IMG/VR virus record: IMGVR_UViG_3300021399_000130
Location: 1-64,000 of that record
Reading direction: 5' to 3' (one strand)
Origin: a virus
Taxonomy: Duplodnaviria > Caudoviricetes
DNA: 64,000 nucleotides
Part shown: piece by piece, positions 19,616 to 29,312 of the stretch
Numbering within the stretch: position 1 is the first letter of the stretch
Layout: each line of letters starts with the position of its first letter
Translations under genes and position numbers: made by a program
Notes under the pieces: model-generated
What the model saw: the letters and a program-made list of their open reading frames with translations, nothing else
What the model was told of the DNA's origin: nothing
Databases searched by the model: none

Positions 19616-20102
19616 TTTTAAACAAGTTAGTCAAAAAATCTTTTTTTTCTTTGTATGGGAGATTAACCATATATAAAAAATCGTCTTTATGCTTTTCTTT
19701 ATATTCCTCTAAGGAACAAATTACTTTACACGGGACGCCAGCAGCAACGCTATTAGCTGGAATATTACGATTAACAACACTTCCAGCACCAATAATAGAA
19801 TTATCTCCAATTTCAACCCCAGGCAAAATCGTTGAACGACAACCTATGAAGCAATTATTACCTATTTTAATTTCCCCATATATTACAGTCTGTTTTTCTT
19901 TAGAACCTTGTGGTGCAAGATTTCTTAAAACCCTTGTGCCGGCATCGTGAGTAACAAATGCTACATCAAAAGAAACTGTTGTATTATCCCCAATTGTTAT
20001 CAAGTAAGGCTCCGAGCCGAAATTTGGTCCTGGTGAAATAAATTGACAATTTTTTCCTACTTTCATACCCCTTGTTATTGCATTCTGTACTTCTGCCCCC
20101 AT
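19608..20102 (-). CDS. Hexapeptide-repeat (LbH) O-acetyltransferase
   Basis: IKIGNNCFIG...ILPGVEIGDNSIIGAGSVV...AGVPCKVI. Confidence 0.9.
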   Translation of the reverse strand: MGAEVQNAITRGMKVGKNCQFISPGPNFGSEPYLITIGDNTTVSFDVAFVTHDAGTRVLRNLAPQGSKEKQTVIYGEIKIGNNCFIGCRSTILPGVEIGDNSIIGAGSVVNRNIPANSVAAGVPCKVICSLEEYKEKHKDDFLYMVNLPYKEKKDFLTNLFKNE

Positions 20103-20105
20103 ACT

Positions 20106-21158
20106 CTATTTCTTTTTATGTGCTTTTATCCAGTTAAATGTTTTTGAGTTACAGGTGGTCTTAATGAGTGGTTTAAACTTCGTAGAACCGCATTTCCACA
20201 ACGCATAGTTAAACGAAAGCTGGTCCCTGTGTGAATATTCTTTCAGTTCGGACCACCATTTTTCCATCAGGTTCTTCGAATACTGGTCGTTGTGCTTCCT
20301 CATCATTACGTTTGTCTGTACAAGACCATAATTTGTAGGAAACCCTTCTTCCTTGTACCTTTTCATTTGTTTCTCAGCCAACGCAACTTCATCACCCTTT
20401 ATCTTTTTTATCCTAACACAGGCATCTTTCTCGGCATATATGCATTTTCTTGCCGGGTGTTCGGGTACAAACACACTATACTTATCAAAATCAAGAGTTT
20501 TCAGGTATTCTTTTATGTCTCCCCGCACAACGACAGCGCCATCAACCCACACGCTGATATCATAATCCGCTAAATATCTATGAGCCAATATCTTAACACC
20601 CCTTTGCTGTTTTACCTTTGACAAACCGTTAAGTTCTTCCGGCATCGGTCTAAACTTCCACGTCTTACTCTTGAGTGTGGTGTCATCCGTGAAACATATA
20701 TAATCCACTCCTGGCGTAACAACTGTTGGCTCAATAATGTCGTCATATCCACCAGTTATGCAGGTATATACAACAATCCTGGGCTCACGCGGTTTTTCTG
20801 CTGCCTTCTTCCTTATATCAACCAATAAGACATCTATATCGGTCACCTTCTTCTCATATGCCTCACAGACCGCCCTCATCTCTTCTTTTGAAAAAGTGCC
20901 CGACCACCCGGATAAAATTGTAACCGTCACTTTATCATAATTGAAAAAAGTGCTCTGTTTCAATACTTTATATATTTCAATATCCCAGTCAAACTCTTCC
21001 CTGTCAATGATTTCGGTCTTTCCTTCCTTAACCACTTCATCATAAAGGTATTGTTTGAACGGACTATCAACAACATAGACCACTTCGGCACCATCAGCAT
21101 TAACCGATGCACCGTTTTTTAAGTCTTCCGTATTTACCAACAAATATTTCTTTTCCAT
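20106..21158 (-). CDS. DUF616 (TOD1/MUCI70-like) glycosyltransferase
   Basis: VYTCITGGYD, DYICFTD, SVWVDG, HP.RKCIY.E, RDQLSFNY. Confidence 0.8.
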   Translation of the reverse strand: MEKKYLLVNTEDLKNGASVNADGAEVVYVVDSPFKQYLYDEVVKEGKTEIIDREEFDWDIEIYKVLKQSTFFNYDKVTVTILSGWSGTFSKEEMRAVCEAYEKKVTDIDVLLVDIRKKAAEKPREPRIVVYTCITGGYDDIIEPTVVTPGVDYICFTDDTTLKSKTWKFRPMPEELNGLSKVKQQRGVKILAHRYLADYDISVWVDGAVVVRGDIKEYLKTLDFDKYSVFVPEHPARKCIYAEKDACVRIKKIKGDEVALAEKQMKRYKEEGFPTNYGLVQTNVMMRKHNDQYSKNLMEKWWSELKEYSHRDQLSFNYALWKCGSTKFKPLIKTTCNSKTFNWIKAHKKK

Positions 21159-21191
21159 ATCTCATAAAAAAAGGGAGATTTATCGTCTCCC

Positions 21192-21908
21192 CTATTTCTT
21201 ATCCTTTGTATTCCCCTGGTATTCAAGCTTGGCGGAGAAGATGTTTCCTTTATTATCCACGAGTTTTATCTTTCCGTTGCTCAAACCTATACCCTTAATG
21301 GTTGTCCCTTCATTTAGGAGGCCCTTCTGTGCTATTTCATTCAGTTTATTTTCTATGCACTCATTGACAATCGTCTTTATCAAGGCATAGTCAATTCCTC
21401 CGCCTCCTCCGGTATTCACGCTTGTCTGTGTCCTAACTGGGTTGCTTCGCCCGGGACTTTCAAGTTTTTCTTCAATCATCTTCGCCCCGGACAGCATCTT
21501 GTTAAGCCTTGCGTTGTTTGTTACCGCGTTGCCATTTCCAGCACTTTCAAGTTTCATCGTGTTCAGTGCCGTCGTGTCAATCGGGTTCTTTATCAGGTCT
21601 TCCTTGATGGCTGAAAGCATCCTGGAGTTCTTTACCCTCTCCGGATTGAAATCATTGCTTGAATAATCAGTCATCGCCCTGGCCTTTGCTGCGGTGTTTT
21701 CACTTAAATAACCGCCATTTGAAGGAACGTCTCCCGGTTCTTCATATGTATCCGCCAAGAAAAAACTATCGTCAAACTCTCCGTCGCTCCCGGGCATTAT
21801 TGTAGCCCCTTCGGTTATTTTTCCTTTTTTAACCGCGTCTGGCTGGCTCAGGGCCCTTGCATTTGGCGTTATGAGTTTTTTCAGTACATCTTCACTTAAA
21901 GCTGCCAT
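21192..21908 (-). CDS. Hypothetical late protein
   Basis: In the operon below the 23857 late motif; LSE/LNE motifs. Confidence 0.7.
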   Translation of the reverse strand: MAALSEDVLKKLITPNARALSQPDAVKKGKITEGATIMPGSDGEFDDSFFLADTYEEPGDVPSNGGYLSENTAAKARAMTDYSSNDFNPERVKNSRMLSAIKEDLIKNPIDTTALNTMKLESAGNGNAVTNNARLNKMLSGAKMIEEKLESPGRSNPVRTQTSVNTGGGGGIDYALIKTIVNECIENKLNEIAQKGLLNEGTTIKGIGLSNGKIKLVDNKGNIFSAKLEYQGNTKDKK

Positions 21909-22747
21909 TATATCTTTTCCTCTTCTTCTTCATCATTATAGAGATTGTTCATCCTGTCCGTTAGGTCATTGAATGAATTCGTGAGCGTATTTCCGGTTTC
22001 TGGTGTCAGGTCGTCTTTCATAACCGGTCCATCGTTACCATAAAGGTCCGGATTTCTGTCGTTCGGCTCGTTTGCTGCGTTCGGGTCAATATCTGTCTTT
22101 GTAACCGGAACGGCATCACGAACAGGCTGGGTCTCCTTTGAATTATAGTCTTGACCGGCGACTTTGTCAATGTTTTTATCCTGTCTTTGACCTATTTTGG
22201 GGTTTGAAGTCTGCAGAACATCACGCACCGCATCGTTTGCCGTGTAGTATTCCTGCTCGGTATTCTTGTCCGCCCCGCCGTTATCAACCTCTCCCTTCCT
22301 AACAGGGTGACCGGTAACTACTTTTTCAGGTTTCTCTGGTTCTTCAGGTTGCTTTTCCGGTTTGGCGTTACCTATCGGTGAAATCGCATAAAGTGTTTCA
22401 ATCTGTTCGTCACCCTTGTCATTGAACCCATTAAGTTCCTCAGGGTTGAACGTCCGTGAGTTGTCGTTGTCCCACCTCTTTATTCTGTCAAGCCTGAAAA
22501 ACTTCCAAGCCGGCACCTCACTGGAAGTAGAACCCTGGGGCTGGAATGCACGTACGACAGGATTTCCCGCCGTTGAAATGCCATAAGCAACCGGATAAAT
22601 AACCCTTTCACCATTACCGGCGCCGGAAGGTCCATTATAGACAATCCTTACCGGGTGCATATTATTTACCGCATTGTTTATCGCATCAACGGAGGCATCT
22701 TCCCTTAAAAGGAAAGCCTCGGCGAGTATTTCCCTTAATAAGCTCAT
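21908..22747 (-). CDS. WYL-like domain protein with acidic tail
   Basis: VRIVY...ERVIYPVAYG...VRAF...WKFFRLDRIK. Confidence 0.7.
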   Translation of the reverse strand: MSLLREILAEAFLLREDASVDAINNAVNNMHPVRIVYNGPSGAGNGERVIYPVAYGISTAGNPVVRAFQPQGSTSSEVPAWKFFRLDRIKRWDNDNSRTFNPEELNGFNDKGDEQIETLYAISPIGNAKPEKQPEEPEKPEKVVTGHPVRKGEVDNGGADKNTEQEYYTANDAVRDVLQTSNPKIGQRQDKNIDKVAGQDYNSKETQPVRDAVPVTKTDIDPNAANEPNDRNPDLYGNDGPVMKDDLTPETGNTLTNSFNDLTDRMNNLYNDEEEEEKI

Positions 22748-22748
22748 C

Positions 22749-23120
22749 TTAAACTATAATCTGTCCGTCAGCAACATTAAGTGAGGTATCTACAAGAGCG
22801 GGTCCATACTGGTTTTCCTCGTTGTAGATATTGATGGCCATAAGCCTGTTTCTACCACCGATATCATTACGACCTTCAATATCGTATTTTCCGCCGCCAC
22901 CATCTGTATTGAAGTTTGAATAATCTATCATAGACGTTGGCAGGTTGCAATTCGGCACTGAATGGGTATGTCCCCCGTTTCCTGTACCTTTACCAAGAGG
23001 GTCTCCATCACTGAGAGCATCCTTATGGGTCTCTGAGTACTGGTCGTTAATGTTGTAATCGTTTCTTGTCAAGGCACTTGCTCTTGCGGGAATGCCTCGT
23101 TTTTCCAAACAAGTCTGCAT
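22749..23120 (-). CDS. Small Gly/Asp-rich putative virion protein
   Basis: Late operon; RNDY, DALSDGD.LGKG. Confidence 0.6.
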   Translation of the reverse strand: MQTCLEKRGIPARASALTRNDYNINDQYSETHKDALSDGDPLGKGTGNGGHTHSVPNCNLPTSMIDYSNFNTDGGGGKYDIEGRNDIGGRNRLMAINIYNEENQYGPALVDTSLNVADGQIIV

Positions 23121-23147
23121 ATTTCTTTTTACATTATAATCTATTCA

Positions 23148-23831
23148 TTATGCGTAGGTTATAAATCCCGTTCCTACGTTCGGGTCTTTTGTCATCTTTC
23201 TTGAGTGGGCCTTTCCGTTTCCGCTGTTCTTTGTGCCGCCGGCTTTTTGGAATTGATTTTCAAAGCCCATATTTTTCCGGTTTGTCTTCCTTTGCTTTAT
23301 GGCCCCGGTTTCTCTGTCAAGCACCCTGCATATGCCAGCCAGTGCGGACTTTACCTTCTGTATCTGCGGTTTCGGTGCGTTTTGTTGAACAAGTTGGGAT
23401 AGAAGCTGTTTTAACTCCGTTTTCTTGGTTGTAAGATTTGTATATGAGTATGTCTTTTTCTGACCATCGTTATCCAAATCCAGCCCCCAGGTCCTGTCTT
23501 CTAATTCCCCGTTACTTTCCTGGAGTTTTTTTTTACCTTCAGTCAGTTCCTTTGCACGAAGTCCGGAACCCCAATGTCCCCAAAGTCCGTGTCCGCCGTT
23601 CCTAAACAATAATGCAAACAAAGTCTCAGGTGCAAGTTCGTGTGCATAATCATCGGTTGTGAGAGGGTCTGAGTATTTCTTCTCCCCATTATCATCAGTT
23701 ACCGCACCGCCAGTTTTTGTTGTGGTCAGTCCGTCTTCGGCATAATCACTGGAATTGTCAAGGTATGCGGTATTCGCCCCGCTTATCTCGTTAAACTGGT
23801 CTTCCCTCAATATTAAAGTTTTACGGCCCAT
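23148..23831 (-). CDS. Hypothetical late protein with ILRE leader
   Basis: Late motif at 23857-23865. Confidence 0.7.
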   Translation of the reverse strand: MGRKTLILREDQFNEISGANTAYLDNSSDYAEDGLTTTKTGGAVTDDNGEKKYSDPLTTDDYAHELAPETLFALLFRNGGHGLWGHWGSGLRAKELTEGKKKLQESNGELEDRTWGLDLDNDGQKKTYSYTNLTTKKTELKQLLSQLVQQNAPKPQIQKVKSALAGICRVLDRETGAIKQRKTNRKNMGFENQFQKAGGTKNSGNGKAHSRKMTKDPNVGTGFITYA

Positions 23832-23950
23832 ATATTCCTATAAAGTATTATTTTTACATAAATAGTCGGTAAAATAGATTTGTCTTTATTTTAGCCACTT
23901 GACTTTATTACATTTTATAGTGATATTGTATTAGAAATATATAGAAAAAT

Positions 23951-25201
23951 ATGGCAGAAGATAAAAAGAAAATACACGTATTAGTCTGTCCCTCAGATAG
24001 TTACGGCGTGGGGCTCTACAGGTCAAAACGTCCCCACGAGAAACTCCAGGAACTCTATGGTGATGAATTTGAAGTGGAAATAAATATGAACCCGAATTGG
24101 GCCGACTTCCAGTCATTTGAAAAATATGATATAATCCACTTTCATAAGGGCCTTTTCACTGACGAAGGACAAAACGTTTTCCATAACGCACTGAGATACT
24201 TCAAGGAGCACAATATCACTACGATTATGGATATTGACGATAACTGGGACGTCGGGCAATATCATCCACTCTATCTATCCAATAAGGCAATCAAGGCCCC
24301 CGAGAAGATTACAACGAACTTTACGCTTGTGGATTACGTTACAACCACCACCGAAATCTTTGCAAAGAAAATTAGGAAGTGGAACAAGAACGTATTGATA
24401 TTCCCTAATGCAATCGACCCTGACGAAGAGCAGTATCAGCCAATCAAGTATCCTTCAGAGAGAATTCGTTTCGGGTTCGTAATGGGCTCATCGCACGAAA
24501 GGGATATGGAACAGATTAAGGGTCTTGCCGAAAAGCTTTATAATGCCGGTCTCAAAGATAAAATCCAGCTTGTCCTTTGCGGATATGACCTCAGGGGCAC
24601 TATAACAATGGTAGATAAGAATGGAAAGCCTACCGGACAGAGACCAATCGAGCCAAAGGAGAGTGTCTGGTATCGTTATGAACAGAACCTCACGAAGGAC
24701 TATACACTTATTTCGCCAGATTATAGGGATTTTCTTCTGCAGTTTATTCCCAACTCACAATATCCCGGTGTAAGGGACGAATTTTACCGGAGGGAATGGA
24801 CCAAGGACGTTAATAGCTTTGCAACGCATTACAGAAACCTTGACGTACTCCTGGCTCCGCTTGACACAAACTCATTCAACGAGGTGAAATCAGAGCTCAA
24901 GTTTGCCGAGGCGGGATTTACAAAGACGGCAGTCATATGCAGTGAATACGGTCCATATACCATTGGGAGCAAGTCTCTATTTAAACCCGGAGGAGAAATT
25001 GACGAAACCGGTAACTGCGTACTCATAGACCCCACAAAGGCTCACAAGGCGTGGTTCAAGGCAATCAAGAAACTTGCGGAACAGCCAGAGCTCATAAAAC
25101 TCTTGCAGAACAATATGTATGAGCACGTTAAGGACATCTATGACATAAACAAGGTTACGGAAAGAAGAGCCAACTGGTATAAGGAAATCGTTAAGAAGTA
25201 A
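23951..25201 (+). CDS. GT4-like (GT-B) glycosyltransferase
   Basis: IMDIDDNW, PNAID, GSSHERD, DVLLAPL..N.FNEVKSELKFAEAG. Confidence 0.85.
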   Translation: MAEDKKKIHVLVCPSDSYGVGLYRSKRPHEKLQELYGDEFEVEINMNPNWADFQSFEKYDIIHFHKGLFTDEGQNVFHNALRYFKEHNITTIMDIDDNWDVGQYHPLYLSNKAIKAPEKITTNFTLVDYVTTTTEIFAKKIRKWNKNVLIFPNAIDPDEEQYQPIKYPSERIRFGFVMGSSHERDMEQIKGLAEKLYNAGLKDKIQLVLCGYDLRGTITMVDKNGKPTGQRPIEPKESVWYRYEQNLTKDYTLISPDYRDFLLQFIPNSQYPGVRDEFYRREWTKDVNSFATHYRNLDVLLAPLDTNSFNEVKSELKFAEAGFTKTAVICSEYGPYTIGSKSLFKPGGEIDETGNCVLIDPTKAHKAWFKAIKKLAEQPELIKLLQNNMYEHVKDIYDINKVTERRANWYKEIVKK

Positions 25202-25235
25202 TCTGTTTTTATTCAATATTATTAACTAAAGACAA

Positions 25236-25275
25236 TAAACCCCCGGCATTACCGAGGGTTTGTTTTTTTTTTTTA
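25236..25275. terminator. Bidirectional terminator
   Basis: AAACCCCCGG/CCGAGGGTTT imperfect stem plus long T-run. Confidence 0.75.
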
Positions 25276-25276
25276 G

Positions 25277-27100
25277 TTAAGCAACGACTGAAGCGTTAGA
25301 GTCATCTTGTACGGTCCAGTTTGCTGGAATACCACTTTCACCAGTTGTCCAAGATGACATATTTGGGTCTTTTACAAATGTTCCGGTTGAAGAAACGCCA
25401 TCTACCCAATAATCTGTACAATTACTTGCAGAAATATCTGTTGCAAGACATTTGATGTAATTTAAGTTTGTACAACCTTCGAACATACTTTGATAACAAC
25501 CATCTGCCAATGTAGTAGCAGGAAGTGCAGGAGCAGTGGTTAAACTCGTACAGCTAAGGAACATATCGCTATAACAATTATTTGCCAATGTAGTAGCAGG
25601 AAGTGCAGGAGCAGTGGTTAAACTTGTACAACTATTGAACATACTACCATAACATTTATCTGCTAATGTAGTAGCGGGAAGTTCTGGTGCTGAAGTTAGA
25701 CTTGTACAACCTTGAAACATACTGCTATAACACCAATCTGCCAATGTAGTAGCGGGAAGCTCAGGTGCAATAGTTAAGCTTGTACAACTATTGAACATAC
25801 TACCATAACAATTACCTGCTAATGTAGTAGCAGGAAGTTCTGGTGCAGTAGTTAAACTTGAACAACCGCCGAACATACTACTATAACAACTCTCTGTCAA
25901 TGTAGTAGCAGGAAGTACTGGTGCAGTAGTTAAACTTGAACAACCGCCGAACATACTACTATAACACTGTTTTGCTAATGTAGTTGCTGGAAGAATGAGA
26001 TTTTCAGCAGAAGTTAAACCTGTGCACATCGCAAATAAATATGCAAATGCCCCATTATTAGCATTGGTCATTTCAGTAATTTCCTTGTAATTAACACTGT
26101 CTATGAGCGACATAATATTTCCTTCAAGGGTAAAACCAGCGGTAGAACCGACAAACGCCCCTATAGATATTAACCTCCTGAAAGGTTTTCCATCTTCAAG
26201 GTTGTATGTAGCATTATCCCCCCTAAATCGAACCTTATCACCGGCAACAACATTAATCTTGGTTCCGCCTGACATTGTTTCAGGGTCTAATGGTGATGCT
26301 GTTATTTCAGTCCATTCTCCACTATTTTTCTTATATTCGATGGTTGCCGCGCTTTCCCCAACGCAACTCCAGCTTATATCTCCTCCAGATGTTATATTGA
26401 ATGTCAAATAAGACACGGCGGCGGACTGCCATACTGTTACACTGTCGCTGTCATTAAATCCGCCATATGTTGCAGTAAGCGTAAGCGTGCCCGCCGAATG
26501 TCTCTCGACAAGTTCGCTTTCTTCAACAACCAATGACCCGATAACCACAGCTTCATCAGTAACATCTACTTCGTTACCATTATCATAATAAGCGGTAACT
26601 GAATATGAGCAGTTATCCTTTGTTGCAGTACCACCTTCGGCTGGGATATCAACCTCCCATGTAAGGTCATCGATGGTTATTGCTGTGAGTGTGGGTACGA
26701 ATGCCTCCTGGAAAACTATGATGCTCTTGCTCGCCTCAAACTCATCGTATGTCGCGGTAAGTGTAAGTGTGCCCGCCGAATGCCTCTCTTCAATCTGGGA
26801 AGCTGCAATGACAAGCGACCCGGTAACTGTCGCCTCATCTGTAATGTCCTTTTCTGTATAATCGTCATAAATGGCAAGGACGGTATATTCACAGTCATTT
26901 TTATCCACTGTTTTTCCGCTTGCAGGGACATCATTCTTCATAGCTAATCCAACTATCTCTATATTAAGTAGTTGTGCCTTGTTGAACGCGACCTCCTTTG
27001 TCTCTTCTACATAAGACACCCAAGGCTCTACATATTCCCCACCAGTATATGCGGAAATAAATTCATCGTGTGTTTCAAAATCTCTTAAGTATATTGCCAT
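25277..27100 (-). CDS. LRR adhesin A: N-terminal domain, 2 Ig-like repeats, one cassette with 7 x 26-aa LRR
   Basis: Start reassigned to MAIYLRDF (27100) below late motif 27122-27130; TSLTTAPELPATTLAxxCYxxMFxxC repeats (BspA/DUF285-like). Confidence 0.85.
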   Translation of the reverse strand: MAIYLRDFETHDEFISAYTGGEYVEPWVSYVEETKEVAFNKAQLLNIEIVGLAMKNDVPASGKTVDKNDCEYTVLAIYDDYTEKDITDEATVTGSLVIAASQIEERHSAGTLTLTATYDEFEASKSIIVFQEAFVPTLTAITIDDLTWEVDIPAEGGTATKDNCSYSVTAYYDNGNEVDVTDEAVVIGSLVVEESELVERHSAGTLTLTATYGGFNDSDSVTVWQSAAVSYLTFNITSGGDISWSCVGESAATIEYKKNSGEWTEITASPLDPETMSGGTKINVVAGDKVRFRGDNATYNLEDGKPFRRLISIGAFVGSTAGFTLEGNIMSLIDSVNYKEITEMTNANNGAFAYLFAMCTGLTSAENLILPATTLAKQCYSSMFGGCSSLTTAPVLPATTLTESCYSSMFGGCSSLTTAPELPATTLAGNCYGSMFNSCTSLTIAPELPATTLADWCYSSMFQGCTSLTSAPELPATTLADKCYGSMFNSCTSLTTAPALPATTLANNCYSDMFLSCTSLTTAPALPATTLADGCYQSMFEGCTNLNYIKCLATDISASNCTDYWVDGVSSTGTFVKDPNMSSWTTGESGIPANWTVQDDSNASVVA

Positions 27101-27150
27101 AATCAATAATATTTTACTGAATATAAATAGTCTCGGTCCGGGATAAAAAT

Positions 27151-27194
27151 AAAAAACCGAAGCAAAATGAAAACACCTTGCTTCGGTCATTTTT
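27151..27194. terminator. Terminator between adhesins B and A
   Basis: ACCGAAGCAA/TTGCTTCGGT stem with A/T runs. Confidence 0.7.
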
Positions 27195-27213
27195 AAACAA
27201 CATTTTAGTAATA

Positions 27214-29280
27214 TTATATATTATCTTCTATGGTCCAGTTTTCCGGAATCCCCCTTGGACCACTTCCCCAATCATTCATATTTTTATTTTTAACAAACGT
27301 TCCACTGGATGAAACATTATAAGCCCAATTCTCTACGCAATACACACCAGAAATATTCGTTGCAAGGCATTTAATATAATTTAAATTTCTACAATCCTGA
27401 AACATCCACGCATAACAATAATCTACCAATGTACCAGCTGGAAGCTCTGGTGCCGATGTTAGACCGGTACAATTATGGAACATTGTACGATAACAACTTT
27501 CAGCCAGTGTAGTAGCTGGAAGCTCTGGTGCGGTAGTTAAACTTGTACAATACCTGAACATCTCACGATAACAATATGGTGTCAAGCTCATTGCCGGCAT
27601 ATTATTCGGTCCTGAAACAAGGTTTGAACACCACCCAAACATATATTCATAGCAATAATCTGTTAAACTTGTTGCGGGTAATATAAGTTTGGCAGCGGAA
27701 GTAATTCCCGTACAATAATAAAATAAACGGCTGAACGTGAAAGCACTTGACAGGACACTAATGTCGGAATATCCTGTACTATTGACAAGCGACATTATGT
27801 TTCCTTCAACCTCAAACAGTGCGTTGGAACTTCGAAAGCTTGTGTATTCATCGCTGCTGTGTGCATATTGTTCATTATCACCTCTAAACAAAATAATGTC
27901 GCCGGAACTAACCGTGATACTTGCACCATTTACACTCGAAGTAATATTTGTCCAGTTGCCGTTGTTTTTCTTGTACTGAATTGTTTTATTAATTGTACTA
28001 TTTGAACTATTCCAACTTATTGTACCACTAGACAGAACGTTAAATGTAAGACATTTCTCAATAACAGGTCCAAAATCTTCAACTGTCCAAGAATAAGGTA
28101 TTCCGTTGGTACCACTAGTCCAATCTGTCATTTTAACATTTTTAACGAATGTTCCGGTAGAAGCAACGCCATTTACCCAATAATTTGTACAATCGATTGC
28201 AGAAATATCTGTTGCAAGACATTTAATGTAATTTAAATTTGTACAGTTAGAGAACATATTATTATAACAACTCTCTGCCAATGTAGTAGCAGGAAGTTCA
28301 GGTGCTGTAGTTAAACTTGTACAACCTTGGAACATTTGATAATAACAATAATTTACCAATGTAGTAGCAGGAAGTTCTGGTGCTGAAGTTAAACTTGTAC
28401 AACCACCGAACATATACCGATAACAACTACTTGCCAATGTGGTAGCTGGAAGTGCTGGGGATTTAGTTAAGCTTGTACAACCCCGGAACATACCCCAATA
28501 ACAACTACTTGCTAATGTAGTGGCAGGAAGTATAAGATTTTCAGCAGACATTAAACCAGTGCATTGATTGAACAAATTATAAAAAGTATAACTCGACACC
28601 AATGTAGTTGCTGTAGAAAAGTTTTCACTATCTATAAGCGACATTATATTTCCATCAAGCTCAAACTTCGCTGTCGAACCACTGAAAAAATTATAATATA
28701 AAGTACTGGTTGCATAAGTTGCATTATTCCCTCTAAACTGAATAATATCACCTGTTGTTACATTGATTGGTAATCCAGCAGTTGTTGAAGTAATGGTTGT
28801 CCATTCGTTATCATTTTTTTTATACTCAACGGAGTTACCATATATACTACCCTGTGATTTCCAATAAATCGTACCAGAAGATATAATATTGAAAGTCAAA
28901 GGTTTTTTGTAATCCAGTTTAACTTTATAATAAAATACAATGGAGGTGTCCTCGGGTATATTTGCGATTATTTTTTCTTCTTTTGCAACATATCCGTCAA
29001 TATTCTTGGGGGTCACAACAATTTCCTGCTTTACCCCAGATATGTATTTAACCCTCATTGTTTTGCACTCGGCAAGTTGTTCTCCATTTGATTTCTCATA
29101 ATAGATTGTCAAGGTATGGAACTGTACCGTCTTGTCGTGCGGGTTAAAATACATTTTCTTAAGGTCGGCGGTCTTAACGATGCCAGGAACCATTGCCTCG
29201 ACATCATTACCTGTTCCTCCGGCATTTATTTCGTCGGCTTTAAATGACGCATCGTTAGGATATAAACGTAAATATCTCAT
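27214..29280 (-). CDS. LRR adhesin B: N-terminal domain, MucBP-like domain, two cassettes (4+4 LRR)
   Basis: MRYLRLY start; HTLTIYY...PKNIDGY MucBP-like domain; two cap-LRR-cap blocks. Confidence 0.85.
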   Translation of the reverse strand: MRYLRLYPNDASFKADEINAGGTGNDVEAMVPGIVKTADLKKMYFNPHDKTVQFHTLTIYYEKSNGEQLAECKTMRVKYISGVKQEIVVTPKNIDGYVAKEEKIIANIPEDTSIVFYYKVKLDYKKPLTFNIISSGTIYWKSQGSIYGNSVEYKKNDNEWTTITSTTAGLPINVTTGDIIQFRGNNATYATSTLYYNFFSGSTAKFELDGNIMSLIDSENFSTATTLVSSYTFYNLFNQCTGLMSAENLILPATTLASSCYWGMFRGCTSLTKSPALPATTLASSCYRYMFGGCTSLTSAPELPATTLVNYCYYQMFQGCTSLTTAPELPATTLAESCYNNMFSNCTNLNYIKCLATDISAIDCTNYWVNGVASTGTFVKNVKMTDWTSGTNGIPYSWTVEDFGPVIEKCLTFNVLSSGTISWNSSNSTINKTIQYKKNNGNWTNITSSVNGASITVSSGDIILFRGDNEQYAHSSDEYTSFRSSNALFEVEGNIMSLVNSTGYSDISVLSSAFTFSRLFYYCTGITSAAKLILPATSLTDYCYEYMFGWCSNLVSGPNNMPAMSLTPYCYREMFRYCTSLTTAPELPATTLAESCYRTMFHNCTGLTSAPELPAGTLVDYCYAWMFQDCRNLNYIKCLATNISGVYCVENWAYNVSSSGTFVKNKNMNDWGSGPRGIPENWTIEDNI

Positions 29281-29312
29281 ATACAATAAATTAGTTTCAG
29301 TTTATGTTTTTA

